Made by a program: the position numbers and the translations under genes. Below the pieces are notes generated by a model that worked only from the letters and a program-made list of their open reading frames with translations, had not been told where the DNA came from and did no database searches. Of a stretch of 64,000 nt of DNA, positions 8,897-18,003 are shown one piece after another (position 1 is the first letter of the stretch; every line of letters begins with the position of its first letter). The stretch comes from Candidatus Iainarchaeum sp. (GTDB lineage Archaea > Iainarchaeota > Iainarchaeia > Iainarchaeales > JAAZKV01): positions 276,134 to 340,133 of the forward strand of contig JAPLVR010000003.1 in the NCBI GenBank assembly GCA_026397015.1. Direction: 5' to 3'.

Positions 8897-8960
8897 GAAG
8901 CCAGGAGGCTTCATCCGTCGCCTAAGGCGACGGTTTTCGCCGGCCTTTTGTCAAAAGGCC
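8897..8960 (+). promoter_or_regulatory. Three consecutive perfect hairpins between eS6 and aIF2-gamma
   Basis: Hairpin 1: GAAGCC-AGGA-GGCTTC (8897-8912). Hairpin 2: CCGTCGCC-TAA-GGCGACGG (8915-8933), followed by TTTT. Hairpin 3: GGCCTTTTG-T-CAAAAGGCC (8942-8960), directly abutting SD GAGGTGG (8961-8967) and ATG 8972. Confidence 0.35.
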
Positions 8961-8971
8961 GAGGTGGAACT

Positions 8972-10261
8972 ATGCAAAAAAAAGAAAAAACTGGGAAGGC
9001 GAAAGAAAAGAAGCCGAGGGCGGCGCACGCGAAAGCACTAAAAAAAATAAAAGCGCACGCGCATAAAGAGAAACACAATAAAGGGGCGGCCGCACAGCCG
9101 GAAATAAATATCGGCATGATAGGCCACGTTGACCACGGCAAAACCTCGCTCACCAAGGCGCTCACCGGAAAGTGGTGCGACACGCACAGCGAAGAAATGA
9201 AGAGGGGAATTTCAATAAGGCTTGGATACGCCGACACCACTTTTTACAAACTCAAAACGAATAACGGAATAATTTACAGCAATGACAAAAGCAAGGGAAC
9301 GGTGATGAGCGAGAGATTGGTTTCTTTTGTTGATGCGCCAGGACACGAAACCCTTATGACGACAATGCTGAGCGGAGCTGTATTGATGAATGGGGCGGTG
9401 CTTGTAATAGCGGCAAACGAAATATGCCCGCAACCGAGAACAGTCGAACATCTGATGGCACTTAAATTTGCCGGCGTCGAAAAAATTGTGGTGGCACAAA
9501 ACAAAGTTGATTTGGTGGATGCGGAGAAGGCAAAACAACAACAGGGAGAAATAAAAAAATTTTTGAAAGAATACGGGTATGAAAACGCGCCGATAATTCC
9601 GACTGTTGCAAATTTCGGGACAAATATTGATTACCTTATAGAGGCGATTGAAACGCACATCCCTACGCCGAAATATGAGTTGCACAAGGGGCTGAAAATG
9701 TTTATTGCAAGAAGCTTTGACATCAACAGGCCTGGAACAAAAGTCAAGGAAATGAAGGGCGCTGTTGTCGGCGGAAGCATAACACAGGGAAAAATAAAAT
9801 TAGGCGATGAGGTCCAACTGTACCCGGGCATCAAGGGAAAAACAATAACAAAAGTTATAAGTCTTGCAACCGATTCTGGAATGCTGAATGAAGCCGTTCC
9901 GGGCGGACTTATTGCGGTTGGGACTGAAATTGATCCGAGCATAGGGCAGAATGACAGGTTGAGAGGGCAAATAATCGGAAAGCCCGGTTCGATGCCTGAA
10001 CCGACAAAAGTTGTTTTATTGAAATTAAATCCTTTTGAAAGAGCCGTCGCAATCGACCAAAAGGCGGAGATAAGAAGCAACGACATAATTGTTTTGACAA
10101 TCGGAACAAATACCGCAATCGGAACGGCGGCGCAAAGTGCTGGCGGGAAAGTTATTGTTTCTTTGAAGAACGAAGTGGTTGCGGAGAAGGGAGAAAAAGT
10201 TGCGGTGAGCAAGAACTTAAATAACCAATGGAGGCTAGTGGCGTATGGGGAGGTCTTGTAA
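8972..10261 (+). CDS. eif2g: Translation initiation factor aIF2 gamma subunit with a Lys-rich N-terminal extension
   Basis: EINIGMIGHVDHGKTSLTKALTG...DAPGHE...NKVDL, with typical domains II/III. ATG 8972 has an SD 5 nt upstream. The track ORF's 57 extra N-terminal codons cover the hairpin spacer. Confidence 0.9.
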   Translation: MQKKEKTGKAKEKKPRAAHAKALKKIKAHAHKEKHNKGAAAQPEINIGMIGHVDHGKTSLTKALTGKWCDTHSEEMKRGISIRLGYADTTFYKLKTNNGIIYSNDKSKGTVMSERLVSFVDAPGHETLMTTMLSGAVLMNGAVLVIAANEICPQPRTVEHLMALKFAGVEKIVVAQNKVDLVDAEKAKQQQGEIKKFLKEYGYENAPIIPTVANFGTNIDYLIEAIETHIPTPKYELHKGLKMFIARSFDINRPGTKVKEMKGAVVGGSITQGKIKLGDEVQLYPGIKGKTITKVISLATDSGMLNEAVPGGLIAVGTEIDPSIGQNDRLRGQIIGKPGSMPEPTKVVLLKLNPFERAVAIDQKAEIRSNDIIVLTIGTNTAIGTAAQSAGGKVIVSLKNEVVAEKGEKVAVSKNLNNQWRLVAYGEVL

Positions 10262-10637
10262 GGTTTTATTGGACACAAATTTTCTCCTCGGCATCGCAAG
10301 GCTAAAAATCGATGTTTTCGGGGAAATAAAAAACAAATTTTCGGAAAACGGGGTTGAAACGGAATTTTTTGTGCTTGGCGGCGTAATGGATGAATTGAAA
10401 AAATTGGGTGCGAATAAAACGCTGGAAAAGGGGGCAAAAATAGCAAAAAAATTGCTTGATGGGAACGGCGCAAAGGTGTTGGACGACAAGGGCGATGTGG
10501 ACACATTATTAGCCGAAAAAAGCCCGGAATACTGGATCGCAACCAACGATAGTGCACTTAGAAAAAAGATAAAAAGCTTTGGAGGAAGAACCATATACAT
10601 CAGAAAAAGGTCTTTTGTCGAAATAGATGGCATTTAA
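10245..10637 (+). CDS. PIN-domain protein (Fcf1/Utp24-like)
   Basis: 130 aa. VLLDTNFLL...VLGGVMDELKKL...WIATNDSALRKKI carries the PIN acidic residues. It lies downstream of aIF2-gamma and upstream of rpoE, the conserved archaeal neighbourhood. Confidence 0.7.
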   Translation: MGRSCKVLLDTNFLLGIARLKIDVFGEIKNKFSENGVETEFFVLGGVMDELKKLGANKTLEKGAKIAKKLLDGNGAKVLDDKGDVDTLLAEKSPEYWIATNDSALRKKIKSFGGRTIYIRKRSFVEIDGI

Positions 10638-10733
10638 ATCACTGATGTTTTTAAAGTTTTTCAGAGTTTAATTTGTTGTTTAATTGGTTGTTTTTATTAT
10701 TTGAAAAATTGTTTCGAAGCGAAAGGTGAGCAA

Positions 10734-11378
10734 ATGTACTACAAAACAAAAATAATTGATAAGGTGAGGGTCCCTCCAAAAAATCTTGGGGCGAAAATAA
10801 AGGAATCAATACTGGGAATATGCAAGGAAGATTACGAAGGAAGAATAAATGACGAATATGGAATAATCGTTGCCATAACGGGAATAGGCAAAGTTGGGGA
10901 CGGGCACGTAATACCCGGAGACGGCGCGGTTTATTATGAAACTGAGATAGAAATGCTGACATACAAGCCGCACATACAGGAAATCACAAGAGGAGTTATA
11001 ACTGAAGTAACCGAGTTCGGCGCATTTGCAAGAATCGGGCCGATTGAAGGATTGATACACGTGAGCCAAATAATGGACGATTACATAAATTATGACGCGA
11101 AGCTGCCGGGATTTGTCGGAAAGAAAACCGGAAAAAAACTTGTCGGAGAGGATTCGGTGCTGACCAGGGTCGTAACAATTTCAATGAAGGGGCACACGCC
11201 AAGCTCCAAAATAGGATTGACAATGAGGCAGCCTTTCCTCGGAAAACCGGAATGGGAAAAAATTGATGATAAGCTTGCAAAATCTATAAAGGATGAGAAG
11301 GGAAAGAAAGGAAAGGCGCCTGTTGTGGAAAAAGCCGAGAAGGCGAAGAAAAAAGAAAAAGAGGCCGAAAAGAAATGA
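10734..11378 (+). CDS. rpoE: RNA polymerase subunit E' (Rpo7) with a Lys/Glu-rich C-terminal tail
   Basis: MYYKTKIIDKVRVPPKNLG... followed by an S1 domain (GVITEVTEFGAFARIGPIEGLIHVSQIMDD). SD AAAGGTGAG precedes ATG 10734. Tail: KSIKDEKGKKGKAPVVEKAEKAKKKEKEAEKK. Confidence 0.85.
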   Translation: MYYKTKIIDKVRVPPKNLGAKIKESILGICKEDYEGRINDEYGIIVAITGIGKVGDGHVIPGDGAVYYETEIEMLTYKPHIQEITRGVITEVTEFGAFARIGPIEGLIHVSQIMDDYINYDAKLPGFVGKKTGKKLVGEDSVLTRVVTISMKGHTPSSKIGLTMRQPFLGKPEWEKIDDKLAKSIKDEKGKKGKAPVVEKAEKAKKKEKEAEKK

Positions 11379-11569
11379 TAAAAGAGAAGGCGTGCAGAAC
11401 ATGCAGATTCATTGTTGAAGATGCGAAGGTTTGCCCAAACTGCGGCGGAAACACCTTCACAACATTCTGGAGAGGGTATATAGTAATAACAAAACCTGAA
11501 GAATCGGAGATAGCAAAAAAAATGGGAATAACAAAACCAGGCAAATTTGCCCTGAGGCTCAGCAGGTAA
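11375..11569 (+). CDS. spt4: Transcription elongation factor Spt4 (RpoE'')
   Basis: 64 aa. KACRTCRFIVEDAKVCPNCGG...WRGYIVITKPEESEIAKKMGITKPGKFALRL. ATGA overlap with rpoE. Confidence 0.85.
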   Translation: MIKEKACRTCRFIVEDAKVCPNCGGNTFTTFWRGYIVITKPEESEIAKKMGITKPGKFALRLSR

Positions 11570-11672
11570 AAAAAAATTGTGCAAAAAAAGCTGGAAAAAA
11601 TAAAAAAGGAAATTTAGGGAAAACAAAAAATGAAATTTAGGAAAAATAAAAAAGAACTTAAAGGTGTGAAAA

Positions 11673-12038
11673 ATGAAATTGGATATAAAAACAAACAACA
11701 GGAATGAAACGCTGAAGAGAAACGAGGTGACGGTTGAAACCGAAGAAAAAGTAACCCCCTCAAGGGCCGCGCTCAGGGAAAAACTTTCGGCCGTTTTGAA
11801 TGCTCCGCAGGAAAAAATAATTATCGACAAAATAGAAACAAAATTCGGGAGCCCGAAGGCAACTATTTATGTCAAGGTTTATGACAGCAGGGAACAGCTG
11901 AGAAAAATTGAGGCAAAACACATGCTGAAAAGAAATTTCAGGGAAGAAATGGAAAAGGAAGAAAAAGAGAAAAAAGAAAAGGCCGAAAAAAATAAGGCGG
12001 CGGAAAAAAAATCCGAAGAAGCTCCGCAGGCGGCATAA
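11673..12038 (+). CDS. rps24e: 30S ribosomal protein eS24 with a Lys/Glu-rich C-terminal tail
   Basis: NRNETLKRNEVTVETEEKVTPSRAALREKLSAVLNAPQEKIIIDKIETKFGSPKATIYVKVYDS. Tail: EEMEKEEKEKKEKAEKNKAAEKKSEEAPQAA. Confidence 0.9.
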   Translation: MKLDIKTNNRNETLKRNEVTVETEEKVTPSRAALREKLSAVLNAPQEKIIIDKIETKFGSPKATIYVKVYDSREQLRKIEAKHMLKRNFREEMEKEEKEKKEKAEKNKAAEKKSEEAPQAA

Positions 12039-12069
12039 AAAAGTAAAAAACGGTTCAAGGTGAATTAAT

Positions 12070-12249
12070 GTGGCTGAAAAGGAAAAAAACAAAAAATTGA
12101 AATCAGAACTTTATTCTGTTACGCCCGAAGGGCTCAATAGAAAGGCGAACTTTTGCCCCAAGTGCGGAGCGGGAGTTTTCATGGCAAACCACAAAAACAG
12201 GCTCACATGCGGAAAATGCGGATACACCGAAATGAAAACTCAAAAATAA
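12070..12249 (+). CDS. rps27ae: 30S ribosomal protein eS31 (S27ae); not on the supplied ORF track (59 aa, GTG start)
   Basis: Hand translation: (GTG)AEKEKNKKLKSELYSVTPEGLNRKANFCPKCGAGVFMANHKNRLTCGKCGYTEMKTQK*. It has the C4 zinc ribbon, and its position after eS24 is canonical. TTG 12097 is an alternative start. Confidence 0.8.
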   Translation: MAEKEKNKKLKSELYSVTPEGLNRKANFCPKCGAGVFMANHKNRLTCGKCGYTEMKTQK

Positions 12250-12306
12250 TCGGAAGAATCCACACTTATTTAAAAAGAACAAGCCTATCTGTTTAGTCTG
12301 ATTAAT

Positions 12307-12852
12307 ATGGGCGGAATAATTGAAATGTTCGCGATAGATTTCGTAATGCTGTTATTGCCTCTTTTTTTTCTCAGGGCGGTAAAGGGGAAAGAATGGGGGG
12401 AAATCGAAAAAGAACTTCTTGGAAAGTATCAGGGAAATAAAAAAGAAATTGTGGGCGCTTTGGCGCTTTTCTCCGCCCTCCTCATAGGATTTGTAGTGAT
12501 GGGCTCAATTATAAGTTTTCTCGGGATAAACGACCTGTCAAAAGTGCAAGAAGTGGTGGTGGAAACCTATTCCCGAAACGCGCCCGCACTAATATTTACC
12601 CTGTTGATAGGGGTTTTTGCGGAAGAATTTTTCTTCAGGGTTTTTCTGGTAAAGAGAACGGGCATACTGGTCTCAACAATAATATTCACTTTCGCGCACC
12701 TTGGTTACGGGTCGGCAGCGGAAACGATTGGCGTTTTCTTCCTTGGGTTGATACTCTCTTGCTGGTACAAGAAAAAAAAGTCGCTGTTCCAAAATTATTT
12801 CGGGCACATGCTTTACAATCTGTTTGCAATTACAATCTATCTGGTTGGGTAA
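12307..12852 (+). CDS. CPBP (CAAX) family intramembrane metalloprotease
   Basis: Multi-TM protein with the three family motifs: EEFFFRVFL, FTFAHLGYG and HMLYNLFA. Confidence 0.8.
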   Translation: MGGIIEMFAIDFVMLLLPLFFLRAVKGKEWGEIEKELLGKYQGNKKEIVGALALFSALLIGFVVMGSIISFLGINDLSKVQEVVVETYSRNAPALIFTLLIGVFAEEFFFRVFLVKRTGILVSTIIFTFAHLGYGSAAETIGVFFLGLILSCWYKKKKSLFQNYFGHMLYNLFAITIYLVG

Positions 12853-12888
12853 AAACCGCGCCGGACAAAAAATTGGCGGGCGAGGCTG

Positions 12889-13542
12889 ATGATTGAAATA
12901 AAAGAAAAAGAGTTCCTTTCCGGAAAAATGGATTCGAAAATAAGGAAGGCGCTTGAAAACGGGGCAATAATTATTTTTCCGAGCGAAAGCTCATATGGTT
13001 TTGGGGCGAACTGCCTAAATGAAAAAGCGGTAAAAAAAATTCATGAAACAAAAAAAGAAAGTTTTGACAAGCCAATCGGACTTGTAACTGATGATGTGAA
13101 AAAAGCAGGCCCGCTTTTTGAAATCGGGCAAAAGGAAAAAAAGCTTCTTGAGGCAAGGCTTTCCGGACCGCTTACAATCCTATTGAAAGAAAAGAAAAAA
13201 ATGCCGTGCTCTTCCAACGGAACTGTCGGCATAAGAATCCCCATCAATAAAACACTCCTCAGACTTTGCTCGCTGGCAAAATTTCCACTGACGGCGACTT
13301 CCGCAAACATCCATGGAGAAGAGGCAACCTTTTTACCTGAAAAAATAATGGGCGCCTTTAGCGCGGAGAAGGATTTTATTTTTATAAACGCGGGAAAACT
13401 CGAAGAAAACAAACCATCCACATATTACGATCCGACCAACGGAAAGATTCTACGGGAAGGAAAAGTAAAACTGGAAGAAATAAAAGGAGCACTAAGCAAA
13501 AAATTAATGCAGCAAAAAAGAGTATCCATGGTGATTGAATGA
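12889..13542 (+). CDS. L-threonylcarbamoyladenylate synthase, YrdC-domain-only type (TsaC/Sua5)
   Basis: IIIFPSESSYGFGANCLNEKAVKKIHETKKESFDKPIGL...SGPLTILLK...GIRIPIN...PLTATSANIHGEE. At 217 aa there is no Sua5 C-terminal domain. Confidence 0.85.
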   Translation: MIEIKEKEFLSGKMDSKIRKALENGAIIIFPSESSYGFGANCLNEKAVKKIHETKKESFDKPIGLVTDDVKKAGPLFEIGQKEKKLLEARLSGPLTILLKEKKKMPCSSNGTVGIRIPINKTLLRLCSLAKFPLTATSANIHGEEATFLPEKIMGAFSAEKDFIFINAGKLEENKPSTYYDPTNGKILREGKVKLEEIKGALSKKLMQQKRVSMVIE

Positions 13543-14519
13543 AATGCTTTGCAATAGAATCAACGGCGCATACATTCGGCGCCGCAGTTGTGGATGAAAA
13601 ATGCAATATTCTTTCAAACGAAAAAAGTGTATATACAACGGAAAAAGGGGGGATGATTCCGAGGGAACTTGCGGAGCACCACTACAAATGCGCACCAAAA
13701 GTTGTTGCGGGCGCACTTGAAAAGGCGAACTGCAAAATGAGTGAAATTGATCTGGTTGCCTTCTCGCAGGGGCCGGGAATAGGAAACGCGCTGAAGTGCG
13801 GGGCAATAGCGGCGAGGCAGCTTTCATTGTTGCACAATATCCCGCTAATCGGAGTGAATCACTGCGTCGCGCACGTGGAAATCGGGAGGAAACTTTGCGG
13901 AGCGAAAGATCCTGTTTTGTTGTACGCGAGCGGAGCGAACACGCAAATAATCTGCTTTGAAAATTCTTATTACCGCGTATTTGGGGAAACGCTGGATGTG
14001 GGAATAGGAAATTTTTTGGATTCATTTGGAAGGGAATTAGGGCTGGGTTTTCCGGCCGGACCGGCGCTGGACAAAATGTATTTTGAGGGCAAAAAATACA
14101 TCGAATTGCCTTACACTGTAAAGGGAATGGACCTTGCGTTTTCAGGGCTTTTCACGGCTGCGAAAAACAAAATCGGAAAAGTAAGGAAAGAAGATTTGGT
14201 TTACTCGGCGCTGCACAATGCGTTTGCGATGCTCACGGAAGTAACTGAAAGGGCGCTGGCGCACACGGAAAAAAAAGAGGTAATACTCGGCGGAGGAGTG
14301 GGGTGTTCGCGCGCGCTGCAGGAAATGATTTCAAAAATGTGCGAGGAGCGCGGAGCAAAGCTCTTCGTTCCTCCGAATTCGGTTATGGTGGATAATGCCG
14401 CGCAAATTGGTTGGACCGGCATACTGATGTATAAACATGGAAATAAAACAAAAATAGGCGATTCAATTATTCTGCCAAAGCAGAGAACTGATGATGTTAA
14501 AGTGAATTGGAGAAAATAA
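13539..14519 (+). CDS. kae1: tRNA N6-adenosine threonylcarbamoyltransferase Kae1
   Basis: CFAIESTAHTFGAAVVDEK...MIPRELAEHH...GVNHCVAHVEIG...YASGANTQ. ATGA overlap with the TsaC/Sua5 gene. Confidence 0.9.
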   Translation: MKCFAIESTAHTFGAAVVDEKCNILSNEKSVYTTEKGGMIPRELAEHHYKCAPKVVAGALEKANCKMSEIDLVAFSQGPGIGNALKCGAIAARQLSLLHNIPLIGVNHCVAHVEIGRKLCGAKDPVLLYASGANTQIICFENSYYRVFGETLDVGIGNFLDSFGRELGLGFPAGPALDKMYFEGKKYIELPYTVKGMDLAFSGLFTAAKNKIGKVRKEDLVYSALHNAFAMLTEVTERALAHTEKKEVILGGGVGCSRALQEMISKMCEERGAKLFVPPNSVMVDNAAQIGWTGILMYKHGNKTKIGDSIILPKQRTDDVKVNWRK

Positions 14520-14537
14520 CTTGTGGGATTTGGAAAA

Positions 14538-15137
14538 CTATTTTCTTCTCTTTTTCGCGATTCTTTTTTTCTTCTTGGGTCTTGGCGCGGCTTTTTTCCC
14601 GGACTGTCTAGCGGGCCTGATTTTTGACTGCAAAAAGCCCTGCCCATAAACCGCACGCCTGAAGGGTTTCGTGTGCGAAAAAATTATCATTCCGAAAGTG
14701 AGAAGACCCAGGAAACCTATGAAATTATAGGGAAAAGGAACGATGTTTACTTCCGGGTCGAGGTAAACGTAAATGCTCATTGCAATTACGGAGGCGAAAG
14801 CGAATTCCGCAATCCAGAGCACGATTATTTCAGTGCGAATGCCTAAAATTTTTCTTTTTGCCGAACCCAAAATTATTTTTGAAAATCCTTTGTGAACTTC
14901 TGCAACAGTTTTATCTTTCTTTACAACAACAATTTGGCCGATTGAGAGAAGGAAAACTGCAAGGAAAAGAAGAATTGCCGAATCGAAAAGGGTTGATTCA
15001 AAAGAAAGGAAAGATACAAAATTTGTTCCAAGGAGGGCTTTTACAATATTTTTTACCTGGAGGACAATTATAAGTGCCAAAAGCACTTCCAGAAAAATAA
15101 ATGCAGTTGCCTGTTTCTTTGAAAGCATGCTAAACAA
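14538..15137 (-). CDS. Hypothetical multi-pass membrane protein with a poly-basic C-terminal tail
   Basis: 199 aa with about 5 hydrophobic segments and the tail RPARQSGKKAAPRPKKKKRIAKKRRK. No family recognised. Confidence 0.5.
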   Translation of the reverse strand: MFSMLSKKQATAFIFLEVLLALIIVLQVKNIVKALLGTNFVSFLSFESTLFDSAILLFLAVFLLSIGQIVVVKKDKTVAEVHKGFSKIILGSAKRKILGIRTEIIVLWIAEFAFASVIAMSIYVYLDPEVNIVPFPYNFIGFLGLLTFGMIIFSHTKPFRRAVYGQGFLQSKIRPARQSGKKAAPRPKKKKRIAKKRRK

Positions 15138-15208
15138 TACGCAAAAGCAGTAAATAAAGGTTACCTTTTGGAAAGATTTTCACTTTTTGGTCCAAGAAAA
15201 CGAATGTG

Positions 15209-15724
15209 CTAAATTCTTTTAATGGCCGAATATACGCTATAAACTTTGACACTTCTTGGGCGAACACGCTTTCCCACTTTTGGAACCATCCTTGCCTTCC
15301 CAATTCCCTTGGAACGCATGCCAATTTTTTCTTTCAAAATGCGCGCCATTGCCTGATGCGTTTCAATTCTCACGGTTGAAACCCCCCTTGTTTTCAGGTG
15401 ACTGAACACATGCGGCATAAATTTTATTAGTGCACGAACTCCCTGCATTTTGTTTGCATAACCATCTTCGGGATAGATATTCGCAATGGTAAAATAGTTT
15501 TTTCTGCCGTATCCATATATTCCCATATTTTCTTTTCTTTGTGGAAAAACAAATTCAAATTCAAATACTCTCAGACTCGGGTCGTGCTTGTGAATACCTT
15601 CAGCAATGTTAAGCCTGTACCCCTTGCCGCAGGAATCGCTGAGATCAATTGATTTTAAAGCGGTTAATTCTGATTCTGTAATATATATTGGCATAATGGT
15701 CGCAGAAAAATAATAGTGTTTCAA
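15209..15724 (-). CDS. Hypothetical protein, possibly a GNAT-like acetyltransferase fold
   Basis: IYPEDGYANKMQGVRALIKFMPHVFSHLKTRGVSTVRIETHQAMARILKEKIGM loosely follows the GNAT motif A/B layout. Weak, by eye only. ATG at 15694 is an alternative start. Confidence 0.35.
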   Translation of the reverse strand: MKHYYFSATIMPIYITESELTALKSIDLSDSCGKGYRLNIAEGIHKHDPSLRVFEFEFVFPQRKENMGIYGYGRKNYFTIANIYPEDGYANKMQGVRALIKFMPHVFSHLKTRGVSTVRIETHQAMARILKEKIGMRSKGIGKARMVPKVGKRVRPRSVKVYSVYSAIKRI

Positions 15725-15774
15725 ATATAAAAAAGAAGCATATAAGGGCTGAAAGAACTAAAAACCATTCAATT

Positions 15775-16314
15775 TTATTCCAAACCGAACTGCCTGTCAA
15801 TTTCGATGGCGGATTTTTTGAGCTGCTCGAAAATCCTGTCCACGTCGGATTCGATTTCTTCAATCGTGCGTTCAAGGGAACTGCTTCTTGAGGAATAAAA
15901 CTTTCCATTCTTTTCAATGAGACCGGATTTCAGAAGCCGGTTCAAATGGTTTATTGTGCTGCCGCGGCTCATGCCGATGCGCTGCGCAATCGCAGTGCTT
16001 GAAAGGGCTTCGCCATTTTCTGTAGCGGAAACGATTTCTTTAAAAACAGCCGCAGCATTTTTCTCCTTGTCGATTGGCTCAAAAAAACCAAGCGAGGAAC
16101 AAATCCATGCCAATTGGTGTTCAAAATCATCGTGGTAAGGCCTCTCCACCTTCCTGATAACGACCTTAAAAACGCCTCTCCGCGGCGAAATATGCTTCAC
16201 AGAGGCTTTTTTTATGGGCAAAGCAATGAGAGAATTAGAAATTTGCACCCTCCCAAAGTGGTTTCCTGAAAGCTGTTTACCCCCAGATTCCTGCTCCAAC
16301 TCATTTTGAGGCAT
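15775..16314 (-). CDS. Winged-helix DNA-binding protein, divergent from grpE
   Basis: LSSTAIAQRIGMSRGSTINHLNRLLKSGLIEKNGKFY is a clear HTH plus wing. Same architecture as the ORF at 59286-59765. Confidence 0.6.
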   Translation of the reverse strand: MPQNELEQESGGKQLSGNHFGRVQISNSLIALPIKKASVKHISPRRGVFKVVIRKVERPYHDDFEHQLAWICSSLGFFEPIDKEKNAAAVFKEIVSATENGEALSSTAIAQRIGMSRGSTINHLNRLLKSGLIEKNGKFYSSRSSSLERTIEEIESDVDRIFEQLKKSAIEIDRQFGLE

Positions 16315-16428
16315 AAAACCAATAAAAACTTATTTACAGAAGGATTTAAAAACTATTTGTTTAAGAAATATCAATATTGTTCATAAAGTATAGACGTTTT
16401 GGTTGGTTTTTTAGTTTTGGTGGACAAA

Positions 16429-17031
16429 ATGGCCAATAAACAGAAACAAAAAGAAGGTCAAACTGACCAAACAGGCCAAAAAACACCAAGCGAAGAAAAT
16501 ATTCAACCAAAAGTCGATGAACAAGAACAAAAAGGCGAAAAAAGCAGTTCGAAAGAGGCAGTAGAGATATTGAAGGAAGTGGGAGAGCTTACTGAAACAC
16601 TTCAGCGCGTACAGGCAGAATTTGAAAACTATCAGAAAAGAGTTCAGAAACAAAATGAGGAATTCAGGCAATACGCAAATTCAAAATTAATGGAAGAAAT
16701 TTTGCCGACGCTCGACACACTGGAACAAGGAGTTATACATAACAAAGGATTTGTGGGCGTCCAGAAACAGATAATGCAAACTCTTGGAAAAAACGGGCTT
16801 GAAAAAATAGCGGTAAAAGAAGGTGACGATTTCGACCACGAAACAATGGAAGCAATGATGCGAGAAAGCAACGAAAAAATCGGGGATGGAAGGGTGGCAA
16901 AGGTTTTACTGGGCGGATATAAATTGAACGGAAAGATTCTGAGGCATACAAAAGTTTCGGTGAATAAGTTAGAAAAGAAAAACGAAGAAAAAAATGAAAC
17001 AAACGAAGAAAATGGCAAAAAAGTATTTTAA
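16429..17031 (+). CDS. grpE: Nucleotide exchange factor GrpE
   Basis: LQRVQAEFENYQKRVQKQNEEFRQYANSKLMEEILPTLDTLE...FDHETMEAMM...VAKVLLGGYKLNGKILRHTKVSV. The first ATG is 16429; the track start is TTG 16399. Confidence 0.9.
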   Translation: MANKQKQKEGQTDQTGQKTPSEENIQPKVDEQEQKGEKSSSKEAVEILKEVGELTETLQRVQAEFENYQKRVQKQNEEFRQYANSKLMEEILPTLDTLEQGVIHNKGFVGVQKQIMQTLGKNGLEKIAVKEGDDFDHETMEAMMRESNEKIGDGRVAKVLLGGYKLNGKILRHTKVSVNKLEKKNEEKNETNEENGKKVF

Positions 17032-18001
17032 AAACAGGAAAGTGAAATTTATGGTAAATTATAAAACTGGTTATTTAGATATTGGGCTTCCCAAAGAAGA
17101 CTTAAAAATCATAAAACGAATTTCAGAAATAAGAAAATTAGGGAACTTCCAAACAGTCAGAAAAACCATTGGCGATAAAAAATTAGTTTCGTTGATAAAT
17201 AGGCTTTATCCAAAAAATAATATTTCAACTCTCGAAAAAATATTTGGTGTTCCTGATTCATCAATCAATTACTGGTTTAAACAACTTGAAATTAAACCCT
17301 CCAGAAAACATGTAAACAATTTGGTGGTCCCGGCAAATTTTAATGGATCCTCTGTTTTTTCAGTTGGCAACAAGTCAACTAATTTTTCAGCGATTAGAAT
17401 TGACAAAGATTTAGCTTATTTAATTGGATTCTGCATTGGGGATGGAAGCGTCCAAAAATATGCCATAGATGTTTTCAACAAAAATCACGGGATGAAAGAA
17501 TATCTCAATAAAATTATGGCAAGATACGGAAAAGTAAAAGAAACGAATCGAAAAGATGGATTATGGAAGCTAAGGCTTTCAAGTGTCAAAATAGCTGATT
17601 TAATAAAGAGGAATTCCATAATCAGAAATGACACTTTGAATCACATTTTTTCTGAGAAAATACTTGCCGGAAATTTTCTTGCTGGGCTTTGGGATTCGGA
17701 AGGGAGTGTGCTAAAACAAAAAAATTATTTTCACGTTTATTTGTATAATTCCAACAAAAAACTTATTGATGAAGTTTCCAATTATCTTGAAAGAGATGGA
17801 ATTCAAAATTCAGTACTTGCTATGAAAAAAAGACTCAACCGCTATGTTCTGCAAGGAAGAGTGGTGAAAGCAAAGAAAACTGTATATCGCATTGGGATAA
17901 AAAAAACCAGTTTGGATAAATGGGTTAATTTAATTGGTTTGCATTTAAAACACGACAAAAAATATGTCGTAGTTAAACAAATTTTGGAGGAGTGTGATTA
18001 A
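17012..18001 (+). CDS. Free-standing double-motif LAGLIDADG homing endonuclease-like protein with an N-terminal HTH-like region
   Basis: Two LAGLIDADG motifs with acidic catalytic residues: [14 protein letters not shown] and [15 protein letters not shown]-rich, with codon usage unlike its neighbours. In-frame starts at 16994, 17012 and 17051. Confidence 0.8.
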   Translation: MAKKYFKNRKVKFMVNYKTGYLDIGLPKEDLKIIKRISEIRKLGNFQTVRKTIGDKKLVSLINRLYPKNNISTLEKIFGVPDSSINYWFKQLEIKPSRKHVNNLVVPANFNGSSVFSVGNKSTNFSAIRIDKDLAYLIGFCIGDGSVQKYAIDVFNKNHGMKEYLNKIMARYGKVKETNRKDGLWKLRLSSVKIADLIKRNSIIRNDTLNHIFSEKILAGNFLAGLWDSEGSVLKQKNYFHVYLYNSNKKLIDEVSNYLERDGIQNSVLAMKKRLNRYVLQGRVVKAKKTVYRIGIKKTSLDKWVNLIGLHLKHDKKYVVVKQILEECD

Positions 18002-18003
18002 AT
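17012..18003 (+). mobile_element. Putative homing-endonuclease gene insertion in the grpE/dnaK junction, bracketed by the 10-bp direct repeat ATGGCAAAAA
   Basis: ATGGCAAAAA occurs at 17012-17021 (the MAK... start of the endonuclease ORF) and again at 18004-18013 (the MAK... start of dnaK). The segment between them is compositionally distinct. Confidence 0.45.

Noticed and set aside
9631-10557. 308-aa minus-strand ORF (one of many long antisense ORFs, e.g. 11090-11830, 21662-22339, 29859-30647, 5504-6085, 26011-26592).
   Set aside because: Each lies entirely antisense to a confidently identified conserved gene (aIF2-gamma, rpoE/spt4/eS24, bud32, DP1, L7Ae, secD). Each translates to low-complexity F/S/L/P-rich sequence. 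These are the shadow frames expected opposite purine-rich coding strands.
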